Below are positions 48,059-57,949 of a stretch of 64,000 bases of DNA, piece after piece. Below the pieces are notes generated by a model, which was given only the letters and a program-made list of their open reading frames with translations, was not told the DNA's origin and ran no database searches. A program made the translations under genes and the position numbers. This stretch comes from an uncultured delta proteobacterium. GTDB taxonomy: Bacteria > Myxococcota_A > Polyangia > Polyangiales > Polyangiaceae. Within the stretch, counting starts at the first letter, position 1. Every line of letters begins with the position of its first letter. Where the stretch lies: assembly GCA_963841435.1 (NCBI GenBank), contig CAWJCS010000005.1, positions 1,152,001 to 1,216,000 on the forward strand, read 5' to 3'.

Positions 48059-48583
48059 ATGCAAGGCAATGCCCGCGCGGCACTTGCGCTGTTGGCGCTC
48101 CTCTCCGCGCACTGCGGGAAATCGTCCAGCGACGATCCCCCGAGCGCGACCCACGGTGGCAGAGGGGGCATGGCCGGATCAGCCGAGCCGAGCGCCGGCA
48201 CGGGCGCGGCGGGCGCAAGCCTCGGCGGTGCAGCGGGCGCAAGCCTCGGCGGCACGGCGGGCGTAAGCCTCGGCGGCACAGCGGGCGCAAGCCTCGGCGG
48301 TGCGGCGGGTGCAAGCCTCGGCGGCACAGCGGGCGCAAGCCTCGGCGGTGCGGCGGGCAGCGTCGGGGGCAGAACGGGCGGAGACGCAGGGGAGGGCGGC
48401 GCCGGAGGCGCAGTCGATGACGCTTGTCCCGACACGCGCCCTCAGAGCTCGACCACCTGCGCCGTGAGCGCGGACGCAGTGTGCACCTACGGTCGGGACG
48501 TGTGCCGCTGCTTCACGCCGGATTTCATGAATCAGCCTCCGCTCTGGAACTGCACGACCACGGGGGCCGGCGGCTCCAACTGA
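48059..48583 (+). CDS. Small lipoprotein, Gly-rich repeats and Cys-rich C-terminal domain
   Basis: Lipobox-like SAHC, AGASLGG repeats, CP...C...CTYG...CRC...WNC. Confidence 0.7.
   Translation: MQGNARAALALLALLSAHCGKSSSDDPPSATHGGRGGMAGSAEPSAGTGAAGASLGGAAGASLGGTAGVSLGGTAGASLGGAAGASLGGTAGASLGGAAGSVGGRTGGDAGEGGAGGAVDDACPDTRPQSSTTCAVSADAVCTYGRDVCRCFTPDFMNQPPLWNCTTTGAGGSN
48209..48352 (+). repeat. Coding tandem repeat, 6 x 24 bp (AG(A/V)SLGG(A/T))
   Basis: Visible directly. Confidence 0.92.
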
Positions 48584-48654
48584 GCGCGATCTCGCTCGCC
48601 CGGGCGCGAGCGAAGCACGGGGCCAATGAGGCCCACGGCGTTCGGAGGTGAGAA

Positions 48655-48689
48655 CAGGGGGCGCGTCCCCGTGGGACCGGCGCCCCCTG
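48655..48689. terminator. Hairpin just downstream of the csp gene
   Basis: CAGGGGGCGC...GCGCCCCCTG stem with inner GTCCC/GGGAC. Confidence 0.55.
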
Positions 48690-48702
48690 CCAGGGACCTA
48701 CC

Positions 48703-48900
48703 TCAGCGCAATCGAACCGACTCGGCGCGCGGCCCTTTCGGGCCTTCGCCGGCGGTGTACGTGACGGCGAGCCCCTCGCGGAGCTCCGCGAACGTCACGC
48801 CTTCCAGCGCCGAATTGTGGAAAAACAGATCCTTGCCGGACGAGGTCGAAATGAAGCCAAAACCCTTGTCCGTCAAACGCTTGATCGTACCATCTGCCAT
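48703..48900 (-). CDS. csp: Cold-shock domain protein
   Basis: KGFGFI (RNP1), LFFH (RNP2), GPKGPRA; GAAGGAG RBS. Confidence 0.95.
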   Translation of the reverse strand: MADGTIKRLTDKGFGFISTSSGKDLFFHNSALEGVTFAELREGLAVTYTAGEGPKGPRAESVRLR

Positions 48901-48987
48901 TGTCGTTCGCTCCTTCAGACGTTCGAAGCGACTCGCTGCAATCGACGTAGGCCGACCGAAGACGGGAAACTCCCAAAGCCGGCGTGC

Positions 48988-49016
48988 AGTGTACTCTGGC
49001 ATGCCCCTTCTGTAAA
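48988..49016 (-). promoter_or_regulatory. Sigma70-like promoter for csp
   Basis: Minus strand TTTACA-17 bp-TACACT, about 80 nt of leader before the ATG. Confidence 0.65.
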
Positions 49017-49098
49017 GGTACACGCTTTCAGCGCTCGCGGATCGGCCTTCCCGGTGGGCCGGCCGCCTCAGGATGGGTAACGCCGGTGCAGGGGCCGC

Positions 49099-49944
49099 TC
49101 ACAAGGGGGGGACGCCGTCGGCGCACGCTGGCGCGCCGTTCGACGAGCCGGCTTGGCCCATTTCTCCGGCTTGGCCGCCCTCGCCGCCGGCATCGGAGCA
49201 AAAGGTGCATAGCGTTTCGCACGATTGGTACGCGGGGTTGCCAGCCTGGAAAGTGGTGAGGCGGGATGGGTCGCCGCAGGGGTTGTCGATGCGCCCGATG
49301 ACTTGGCCTCCGATGAGCGCGCCGCTCTCGGCGTCGAAGGTCATCCGGTAGGTGTTCGGGGGCGACTCCGCGAGTCGGATGACGATCTGACCGTCGCAAC
49401 GCAGGTACGAGACGGCGGCGCCGGGCGGACAGGACACGAGGAGCGATGCGACGAGCTCATCGAGCGTCGGGGCGCAGCCGCCGCTCGGGACCACCGAGCA
49501 GATCGATGCGACGGTGCCGAAGCAATAGGCCACGTCGGGATAGGCGCAGTTGCAGGAAATGTCTCCGCTGTCGCCGGAGCCGGCCTCGCCAGAATTGCCC
49601 GCTGCGCTCGCGCCGGCGACGCCGCCGATGCCACCGCTGCCGGGCTCGCCGGCGACGCCGCCCGTCGGTGCGCCAGCGCTGCCGGCGCCGCCCGCCGCGG
49701 GCCCCATGCCACCGGCAACGTCCGCTCCGCCCGAGCCGCCGGTGCCCACTCCGCCCCCTGCGCTCGTGGGCGCCGAGCCGCCATCGTCCGCCCCGCCGTG
49801 GGTGCTGCCAGCGCTCGCACCGGCGCCGCCCACGCCCGTCGCCGCGCCGCCCCTGCCGTCGAGGTGCTGCTCCGAATGGCCCCCGCAGCCGGAAGCTACG
49901 ACGACCCCTAGCACTACTGTCAGAGTCTTGGAGGAACAGATCAC
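49099..49944 (-). CDS. Gly-rich, Cys-rich lipoprotein (start uncertain)
   Basis: Lipobox ASGC, long Gly linker, Cys-rich C-terminal domain. Confidence 0.65.
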   Translation of the reverse strand: MICSSKTLTVVLGVVVASGCGGHSEQHLDGRGGAATGVGGAGASAGSTHGGADDGGSAPTSAGGGVGTGGSGGADVAGGMGPAAGGAGSAGAPTGGVAGEPGSGGIGGVAGASAAGNSGEAGSGDSGDISCNCAYPDVAYCFGTVASICSVVPSGGCAPTLDELVASLLVSCPPGAAVSYLRCDGQIVIRLAESPPNTYRMTFDAESGALIGGQVIGRIDNPCGDPSRLTTFQAGNPAYQSCETLCTFCSDAGGEGGQAGEMGQAGSSNGAPACADGVPPL

Positions 49945-50140
49945 GATCCGGCAGAGAGAACATGAGCCACGAAAGCAACTGGCGCGGCCAGCGGGCGGCC
50001 GTCTTCGAGCACGAAATGGACGCAAGACGTGGGCGCCGCCGTCCGAAAAGTTCGCCGCTCGCCAATCTGCGAATTTCTCGAAGGAAACGCGAATCTCTGA
50101 CAGTAGTGCTAGAGCGGCGCGCGCCAGCCATTTCATCGGG

Positions 50141-51061
<921 letters not shown>

Positions 51062-51175
51062 GCTGGTTCTCCTTCCGGGTCGGGCGCGGCCTCGCGGCGC
51101 CGCAGGGCCCGAGCTTCGCACGTCGCGCCCGGCACCGGCCCGCGGCACCCGGTCCACCGGGCGGAAAGGCTGCGC

Positions 51176-51775
51176 TCAGGCGAGCGGGCGGCGCGCGACG
51201 ACCTGAACCACCGCGCTCTTGCCGGCGTGATAGGCGCCTTCGCGCACCTCGCGAAGCTTCTCCTCGCCGACCAAGAGCTCGAGACCCGAGAGCTCCTCAC
51301 GGAGGGCCGGAAGGGTCATCAGCATGTCGAGGGTGGGTGGGCCGCCCGTTTTGAGCTCGAGCTGCTTCGGCGTGTACGCCTCGAGCAGCAGGGCTCCGCC
51401 GGGCCTGAGCGCCGCGACGACCGAACGGTGCACCCGGGCGCGCAGCGCCGACGGCAGGTGACACCAGATCGAGACGATGCCGTCCCAGCGCTCGACACCG
51501 AGATCGAAATCCGCAAGGTCTGCCACCACGGTGTGGATGTGAAGCCCGCGTTCGGAGGCGAGCGCCTGCGCCTTCGTAAGTCCCACCGAAGAGCCATCCA
51601 CGCCGGTGACGTGAAAGCCGAGCCCGGCGAGAAACACGGCGTTTCGCCCTTCGCCCTCGGCAAGGCAGAGCACCTCGCCATTCGGAGGCAGGTAGCGTGC
51701 GGCGGTCGCCACGAGAAAGTCGTTCGGCTCGGTACCGTACGAAAAGCCCGGCTGGGAATAGCGCTCGTCCCACAT
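51176..51775 (-). CDS. Class I SAM-dependent methyltransferase (TehB-like)
   Basis: WDERY, YGTEPNDFL, LCLAEGEGRNA, LRPGG. Confidence 0.88.
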   Translation of the reverse strand: MWDERYSQPGFSYGTEPNDFLVATAARYLPPNGEVLCLAEGEGRNAVFLAGLGFHVTGVDGSSVGLTKAQALASERGLHIHTVVADLADFDLGVERWDGIVSIWCHLPSALRARVHRSVVAALRPGGALLLEAYTPKQLELKTGGPPTLDMLMTLPALREELSGLELLVGEEKLREVREGAYHAGKSAVVQVVARRPLA

Positions 51776-51807
51776 CGATGACCGACGGACCGACAGCGTA
51801 GCACGCG

Positions 51808-51966
51808 TCAGGCAAGCGCGCGGATGACGGTGGCGCGGAACGGCGCGGCCATCAGGTCCATCAGCGTCGCGAAGACGCCCGCGTCCGCGGCGGCCTTCAG
51901 GTGCGCATTCCGAGTCTCGGCCGACTCCCAGTCGGCGATCTCAACGAGCGGGTCGGGGTGCTCGAG
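51808..51966 (-). pseudogene. 3' remnant of an antibiotic-biosynthesis-monooxygenase-like gene
   Basis: My translation: LEHPDPLVEIADWESAETRNAHLKAAADAGVFATLMDLMAAPFRATVIRALA*; no start, overlaps the GT1 3' end. Confidence 0.5.
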
Positions 51967-53308
51967 CGCTCGACGACGCGTCGAGCAGGGCCTCCGCCGC
52001 GTCGAGGCCGTTCTCTTGCGCGAGGAGCTCGCCGAGGCGCATCGCCTCGACCTTCCAGCGGTTCCCCGGCTCGAGCATGGCGGGTAGAATTTCGGCGCCG
52101 ACGCGCTCGAGCGGCTCCGCCCCCGACATGCCGGGACAGGTGATGGCCTCGACGCAAACGCCCACGCCGAGCCGCGCTACCACCTGGGCCACCGCCGGCT
52201 GATCACCGAAGCCGGGGCTCACGAGCAAGGGGACCCCGGAAAGCAGCGCTTCGTGGAAGGTGTTTCCACCGCCATGGGTGAGCATCACGTTAACCAGGCC
52301 GTGGGCGAACAGCAACGGCTGCGGCACGAACGGCATCGCCACCACGCGCTCACGCGCCGCGGGGCCGAGCGTGGCCTCATCGACGCCGAGCTCGGCAGGC
52401 GAGGAGTCACAGGTGGATGCGACGACGACGGCCCCGGAGCGCAGGGCCGACGCGGCGAGCGTCGTGTAGAGGCGCTTGAGGAACGCGACGTGCGTAGCAC
52501 CCATCCGCGCGAACATGCGCGTGACGACGGTTCCGAGCGACAGCAGCACCACCCGCTTGCCGAGCTCACGCTCGCCGCGCAGTCGCTCCAAAAGCGCCCG
52601 ATGCTCGGCTGGAGCCGCCGGCAGATCCTGAACGCTTGGCAGCGACTCGCGAGCCACCCCGAGCAGCCGGAACCAAGCAGGCAGGCCGGGACACAGGTGG
52701 GGCGACGAGAAGGCTGCGAGCTTCAGGGCTTCGTCGCTCGGGATCACGAACGCGCGAGGTTCCCCCTCGAAGCCGCGACACCCGGACGCTCGCAGCGCGG
52801 CGAGCTCGCCCTGGTAGATCGGGTCGTCTCCGAACGCGGCCGGCAGCGTGTGCAGCGCCCCCGGAAAACCACTCACGATACAGGTCCGATTCTCGACGCC
52901 GAGCCGTCGCAACGCGACGTAGAACCAGAGGGCGAAGAAGTCGTAGACCCCGAGGGCGATGCGCCGTCCTTCGAGCGCGCGTGTGATCGCCATGGTGGCG
53001 CCCTCACCCACGTCATTCGCCCGCGCGACGATGCGGCGGAACACCCGAGGCCCTCCGGAGAAGTCCGGGTCGCGGTCGCGTAGAAATGGCGCGACGGCGT
53101 CGAGGTCCAAAAACGTCACGCCGAGCTCCGAGAGGGGAGCCTTCCACGCCGCTGCCGGCTCGTTGCCGTCGCCACTGATCGCCCAGATCACCGGCCGCCC
53201 CCGCTCGACGAGCCGCTTGGCGAGCGGCATGAGCGGGCGGATGTGCCCGGCGCTCACCGGCGAGCCGAAGAGGACCACCCCGCTCGCGTCATTGTCCTGG
53301 TCAGACAT
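51941..53308 (-). CDS. GT1/UDP-glycosyltransferase family
   Basis: AGHIRP, LSLGT, FVPQPLL, THGGGNTFHEAL..GVP, FGDQ. Confidence 0.88.
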   Translation of the reverse strand: MSDQDNDASGVVLFGSPVSAGHIRPLMPLAKRLVERGRPVIWAISGDGNEPAAAWKAPLSELGVTFLDLDAVAPFLRDRDPDFSGGPRVFRRIVARANDVGEGATMAITRALEGRRIALGVYDFFALWFYVALRRLGVENRTCIVSGFPGALHTLPAAFGDDPIYQGELAALRASGCRGFEGEPRAFVIPSDEALKLAAFSSPHLCPGLPAWFRLLGVARESLPSVQDLPAAPAEHRALLERLRGERELGKRVVLLSLGTVVTRMFARMGATHVAFLKRLYTTLAASALRSGAVVVASTCDSSPAELGVDEATLGPAARERVVAMPFVPQPLLFAHGLVNVMLTHGGGNTFHEALLSGVPLLVSPGFGDQPAVAQVVARLGVGVCVEAITCPGMSGAEPLERVGAEILPAMLEPGNRWKVEAMRLGELLAQENGLDAAEALLDASSSARAPRPAR

Positions 53309-53609
53309 GCTCGCCTTCGTAGGCCACGCCCGCCCTCGGGACAATTCAGGGTAAGAAGCGCGCGCAGCGCCGTCGCGCTGATTGCGCGGGGGACAGGGCA
53401 TTCGAACGCATTCCACCGGGACAGAGCCCGCCGCGGAACTCGACACAATCGGACGGTGCGTGATCTTGGCGCGTTCAGCCTGCGGGCCGGACCCGCCTGT
53501 TTCGCCCGCGAAATAATCTCGGCGACGATCGTGGGGCCGGCGCCGCTCGTGGGTTGAGGAGACTCCGAAACCGTGCTGTCGTGAGCCTCGGACGGGCGAC
53601 GAACACCAG

Positions 53610-55331
53610 GTGGCCACGATCACGACGCCATCCCGGGGGGGACAGAGCGCATCGGCGAGCTCCGGTTCCCCCCTGGACCGGGTCATCTCCGACCGAGCGA
53701 TGATCGCGCTGCTCGTCGCGCTCTGGGTGTGCGCGCTCCTCGTGGTCGGCGTACGCGGTGAGTTTCCGGAGAACGACTCGTGGGCGTACGCCCGGGCGAC
53801 GGAGCATTTCATCCGGACGGGTCGGGTGGTGCGCCTGGAGTGGACCTACGCCCCGGTCATCACCAACGTGATCGTCGGCGGGATCTTCGCCAAGCTCTTC
53901 GGCATGTCGTTCGCCGTGCTCCGGCTGTCGAGCGTCGTGATGGGCGGCCTCGGAATGCTGGGGGTCTACGCGTTGTGTCGCGGGCTTCACTGCGGGCCCG
54001 CGCGCTCGGCGCTCACGGCGGCCGCCTTCGCGTTCTGCCCGTTGCACTTCGGGCTTTCCTATACGTTCATGACGGACGTGCCGTACACCACGCTGGCGAC
54101 CTTCAGCTTGGTCGCGCTTTGCGCGGGGCTGCGGCTCAAGCGCTGGTGGCCGGTCGTCGCGGGCGTGGCGCTCGCTGTTGCCGCCGCCCTCTCCCGTCAG
54201 ACCGGCGTGGTGCTGATCGTGGCGCTGCTCGCGACCCTCGCGCTGGCTCGCATGCGCACGCGACGTGATTTCGTGATCGTGAGTCTCGCCGGGCTCGGGC
54301 TCGCCCTTCTGGCCACGCTGGTGGAGCGCGTGCTGATGGGCTGGAGCAACTTCGGCGTCCTGCGCGCGCTCACCTCGGCCGTGCTTGGCGGGACACCGGT
54401 CTACTCCTTCGCGAGCCACGCCGTGCCGAGCTTGTTCTGTCTGGGCCTCGCCGGGTTTCCGCTCCTCGTCGCGTTCGCCGTGGAGCGCCGTTTTACACGT
54501 GCGGAGCTCATCGGCGGCGCGTGCATCGCGCTCGTCTCGCTCGCGTTCGTGCTGGTCAAGCTGCGTCACAAGCCGTTTTACGGGAACATCCTGGACGAGA
54601 GCGGCCTGGGGCCCATCATCGTGCACTGCGCGAGCCAGCGCCCCATGGTGCCCGGCTCGATCTGGTGGAGCCTCGTCGGCCTTGGCGCGGCATCCGGGGG
54701 CCTGTCCCTCTACCTGATCGGCGCTTGGGTGCTGCACGTGGCCTGGCCCGCGCGGCGCGAGCGACCGGACCTTCTGCTCTTGCCCATCGGCGTCGCCCTC
54801 TACCTCGTGCCCGTGTTCCTCCGGAACCCCTATTTCAACCGCTATCTCCTGCCCGTCATGCCGGCGTGGCTCGCGGTGCTCGCCCTGTCGCGCGGGGCCG
54901 AAGCGTTCCGAAGCCAGGCGCGGCTCGCGGGATCCGGCGCCCTCGCGATCGTCGCGATGGCGAGCATGGCCGTCACCGTGGATTACCTCGGCAACCTGGG
55001 AGTTCGGCATGCGCTGGTCGCCCCGCTACTGGCAAACGGCACGAACCCCGGCGAGATCGAGGCCGGCGCCGAGTTCGACGGTTACTATCGCTACGATCGC
55101 CCCGGTGTGAAGAACACGGCGACCGACACCGAGAACAACTGGCTCAGGGACCGCGGCACCGAGCTCATCAAGAGCACGGCGGTGTGGCCTCACCCAGAGC
55201 ACTACCTCGTGTCGTATTGCCGGGAGGTCCCGGGCTACCGCCAGGTGAAGAGCGAAGCGCGCACCCGTTTCGTGCCTCCCACCGTCGATCGTCTGTTCTT
55301 GCTGGAGCGCGTCAAGCCCGCCGCTCCCTGA
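53610..55331 (+). CDS. ArnT/PMT-like (GT-C) membrane glycosyltransferase
   Basis: FPENDSWAY, LRLS, SYTFMTDVP, LSRQ, FNRYLLP; multiple TM helices. Confidence 0.78.
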   Translation: MATITTPSRGGQSASASSGSPLDRVISDRAMIALLVALWVCALLVVGVRGEFPENDSWAYARATEHFIRTGRVVRLEWTYAPVITNVIVGGIFAKLFGMSFAVLRLSSVVMGGLGMLGVYALCRGLHCGPARSALTAAAFAFCPLHFGLSYTFMTDVPYTTLATFSLVALCAGLRLKRWWPVVAGVALAVAAALSRQTGVVLIVALLATLALARMRTRRDFVIVSLAGLGLALLATLVERVLMGWSNFGVLRALTSAVLGGTPVYSFASHAVPSLFCLGLAGFPLLVAFAVERRFTRAELIGGACIALVSLAFVLVKLRHKPFYGNILDESGLGPIIVHCASQRPMVPGSIWWSLVGLGAASGGLSLYLIGAWVLHVAWPARRERPDLLLLPIGVALYLVPVFLRNPYFNRYLLPVMPAWLAVLALSRGAEAFRSQARLAGSGALAIVAMASMAVTVDYLGNLGVRHALVAPLLANGTNPGEIEAGAEFDGYYRYDRPGVKNTATDTENNWLRDRGTELIKSTAVWPHPEHYLVSYCREVPGYRQVKSEARTRFVPPTVDRLFLLERVKPAAP

Positions 55332-55396
55332 CGGGTGCCGTGGGCCTTGCCCTTCGTCGCGTTCCGGGGTCTGGGCCGGAAGCACGACCGCGAAGG

Positions 55397-56683
55397 TTAC
55401 GGCTTTTCGAGCTTGGCGATCGTGTCCTTGAGGGTGCTGTCCCCGCGCATGCACGGGTAGCAGTGCTCGAGATCGTTCGGCGCGCACAGGGTCTTCTGAT
55501 CGAGCTCGTGCAGGTACTCGAGCACGAGTGTGCCGCCGGCCTTCCCCGCGAAGTCGAGCAGGGCGCGCTTGTCCTCGCAAGACTTCGCGTTGCGCAGCTT
55601 CACTGCCGCGTAGACGGGTAACGCGGCGGTGCGCTCGAATTCCTTGCTCGCGAGCCAGTTCTGCGCGCGTTGACGCACGCCCTCTCGCGCGTCGCCGTGG
55701 AACGAAAGCTCGTACATCAGCGCGGCACCGGTTTCCCCCATGGCGCCGGTGAGCAGCGTGTAGCTATCTGCCGCGGCGCGCCGGTCGTTCGATGCCGCGG
55801 TGGTGAGCAAGAGCTGGGCGACGTGCTTGTCCTGTTTGAGCTCTGGGTGCCGGGCCACGAGCCGCTCGATCAGCGAAGGCACCTCCGCGTCGCGCCGCTG
55901 CGTGAGCAGCGAGTCGGCCAGCGACAGTAAGAGCGCGGGCTCGTCGCGGCTGACTTCCTTTTTCGCGGTCGCCGGCTTCTCGTCGGGCACGGCCGGCTCT
56001 GCTGGCGTCGACGGGGCGGGCTCGGCCGGCGTGTCGCTCTGCGTGGTTCCCCCGCGCTCGCTCGCGCTTGCCTTTTCGGACTGCGGCCCCGAGCGCAAGA
56101 GCGAGCTCGCGCCGATCCCGAGACCGACCAGCACGAGCGCCGCGAGCGTGGCGCTCGCACCGAGAAGAACGGCACCCGGCACGCGCTCGAGCCGCGACCG
56201 GAGCGCTTCCGGCAGATGATCGCGCATGGCGTCGCCCACGCGCGAGAGGCTGGAGAGTGTGGTCGAACGTTGCGGCGGCTCGGTGGGAATGCCGAGCGAG
56301 CCGGCTCGGGGCGGTGGCGGGATGGACGGTGGCGGCACGCTGCCCGAACGTGCGGGCGGCGGGATGGCGGCAGAGCTCGCTCCAACCGCTGGCGGCCGCA
56401 CGCTCGGTGCGCGTGCGTTCTGACCACCCGCGGGATCGAGCGACGGAAGCACCGGCATCTCGTCGGGCCGGCGCACTTGGGTCGGCAGGTCGTCAGTGTC
56501 GTCTTCCTTCGTGAGCTTCGGCGGGGGCGGGGGCGTGCCGCCGCGCGGAGGCTCGGGCGGCGCGGGCACGGGGGGAAGCGACCCGGGCTGCACCGACTTG
56601 CGAGCGGTGTGCTTGACGGTCGTCCTCGACCTCGCTTCGGCGCTACCGGGCGGAGGTGGCGGGGAGCTCGGAGTGCCGACCAT
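55397..56683 (-). CDS. Pro-rich single-pass membrane protein with helical, Cys-containing extracytoplasmic domain
   Basis: Pro-rich N-terminus, TM LAALVLVGLGIGA, C-terminal SCEDK...LC....HCYPCMRG. Confidence 0.65.
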   Translation of the reverse strand: MVGTPSSPPPPPGSAEARSRTTVKHTARKSVQPGSLPPVPAPPEPPRGGTPPPPPKLTKEDDTDDLPTQVRRPDEMPVLPSLDPAGGQNARAPSVRPPAVGASSAAIPPPARSGSVPPPSIPPPPRAGSLGIPTEPPQRSTTLSSLSRVGDAMRDHLPEALRSRLERVPGAVLLGASATLAALVLVGLGIGASSLLRSGPQSEKASASERGGTTQSDTPAEPAPSTPAEPAVPDEKPATAKKEVSRDEPALLLSLADSLLTQRRDAEVPSLIERLVARHPELKQDKHVAQLLLTTAASNDRRAAADSYTLLTGAMGETGAALMYELSFHGDAREGVRQRAQNWLASKEFERTAALPVYAAVKLRNAKSCEDKRALLDFAGKAGGTLVLEYLHELDQKTLCAPNDLEHCYPCMRGDSTLKDTIAKLEKP

Positions 56684-56827
56684 GGCCAACCTAGTCTACG
56701 TCGTTAGTCGGAGCCTGTCGTCTCCGAGTTTTGCCGGTCCCACCTGCCGGGGCCTGCGGGCAGCACGGCCGTTGATTTCTCGGGCGGCACGGCGGAAATT
56801 CCGGCCGGACGGAAAGGCACGGTATCG

Positions 56828-57265
56828 ATGACGGTCAAACGGATGGATAACGTCGGGATCGTGGTGGAGTCGCTCGATACCGCCATCGCCTTCTTCGCCG
56901 AGCTGGGCCTAGAGCTGGAAGGGCGAGCCACGATCGAAGGAGAGTGGGCAGGGCGCGTCACGGGCGTCCGCGACCAGCGCGTCGAGATCGCCATGATGCG
57001 CACGCCGGACGGTCACGGCCGCCTCGAGCTCTCTCGATTTCTCACGCCACCCGTGGTGGCCGATCACCGGAGTGCCCCGGTGAATGCACTCGGCTACCTA
57101 CGCGTCATGTTCGCCGTGGAGGACATCGACGGGACGCTCGCCCGCCTCCGCAAGCACGGCGCCGAGCTCGTCGGCGAAGTGGTCCAGTACGAAAATGCCT
57201 ATCGCCTCTGCTACATCCGGGGGCCCGAACGACTTCTCATCGGGCTCGCCCAAGAGCTCGACTGA
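56828..57265 (+). CDS. VOC/glyoxalase family protein
   Basis: MDNVGIVV, RLELSRF, RVMFAVEDID, LCYIRGPE. Confidence 0.9.
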   Translation: MTVKRMDNVGIVVESLDTAIAFFAELGLELEGRATIEGEWAGRVTGVRDQRVEIAMMRTPDGHGRLELSRFLTPPVVADHRSAPVNALGYLRVMFAVEDIDGTLARLRKHGAELVGEVVQYENAYRLCYIRGPERLLIGLAQELD

Positions 57266-57379
57266 CGGCGATTGGCCGCGCGGGCTCTGATGGCGCGTGC
57301 CGGCCCGCCTGCCCTATGGCCCGCGCCGCGCGTGCATGACAGAATGAGGCTCTACTTGGAGGTAGGGCGCAGGCAGCTG

Positions 57380-57770
57380 TCAGCCTTCTTCCTCGGCTCG
57401 TTCCGTGCTGAGGAGCTTCCCCGCCGTATCGAACGCCACCTCGTGCTTCTTGCCGTCGATCTCGACGACGAGCTCGTAGGTGGGCGCTGAACTCCTCTGC
57501 GCCGCCGTGACGCGCTCCACCCGCAACACCTTGGCTTTCGCAAAGCGCGACCGCGCAAGGCCTTTCTTCACAGCGTCGGGCAAATCCTTGAACGCGATCA
57601 CGCGCTCTTCCGTGAGGATCTTGCCCGTCGGGCGACACGATGACCTCCGTGGTCGAGCCGCTGAGATCGAGTTGGACTTCGTAGTTCGTCTTGCCGTGCT
57701 CGACCTCTCGAACGAACCGCGTCATTTTGCCCCGCGGATGCCTGGCTGCGACCGAGTTGATTACCGCCCC
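57380..57770 (-). pseudogene. PepSY-like (BLIP-like) repeat protein, 5'-truncated and frameshifted at about 57625
   Basis: AVINSVAARHP...YEVQL...SPDG/KILTEE..IAFKDLPDAVK...YELVV...FDTAGKLL; in-frame TAG upstream, no signal peptide. Confidence 0.6.
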
Positions 57771-57949
57771 CGGCCGCGCATAGGGATTTGTTTTGGCTAA
57801 AAACTAATGACTCGGAGCCGCTCACCCCTCAGATTTTGCAAGCGGGCGCACGGGAGTCGAGCTCGCAGCAGAGCCCAACGGCGACAGCGCTAGCGGTGGC
57901 GTCGGCTAGGGCGCCACCCGTGCGAGCGGCGGCTGCAGGCTCAGGGGGC

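Noticed and set aside
45865..48420. 851-aa alternate-frame ORF, and similar R/H/P-rich ORFs across the window
   Set aside because: Off-frame shadow of the GH2 gene.
53635..53641. G7 tract near the 5' end of the ArnT-like gene as a phase-variation site
   Set aside because: Short, in frame, and a downstream ATG could bypass it; too weak to report.
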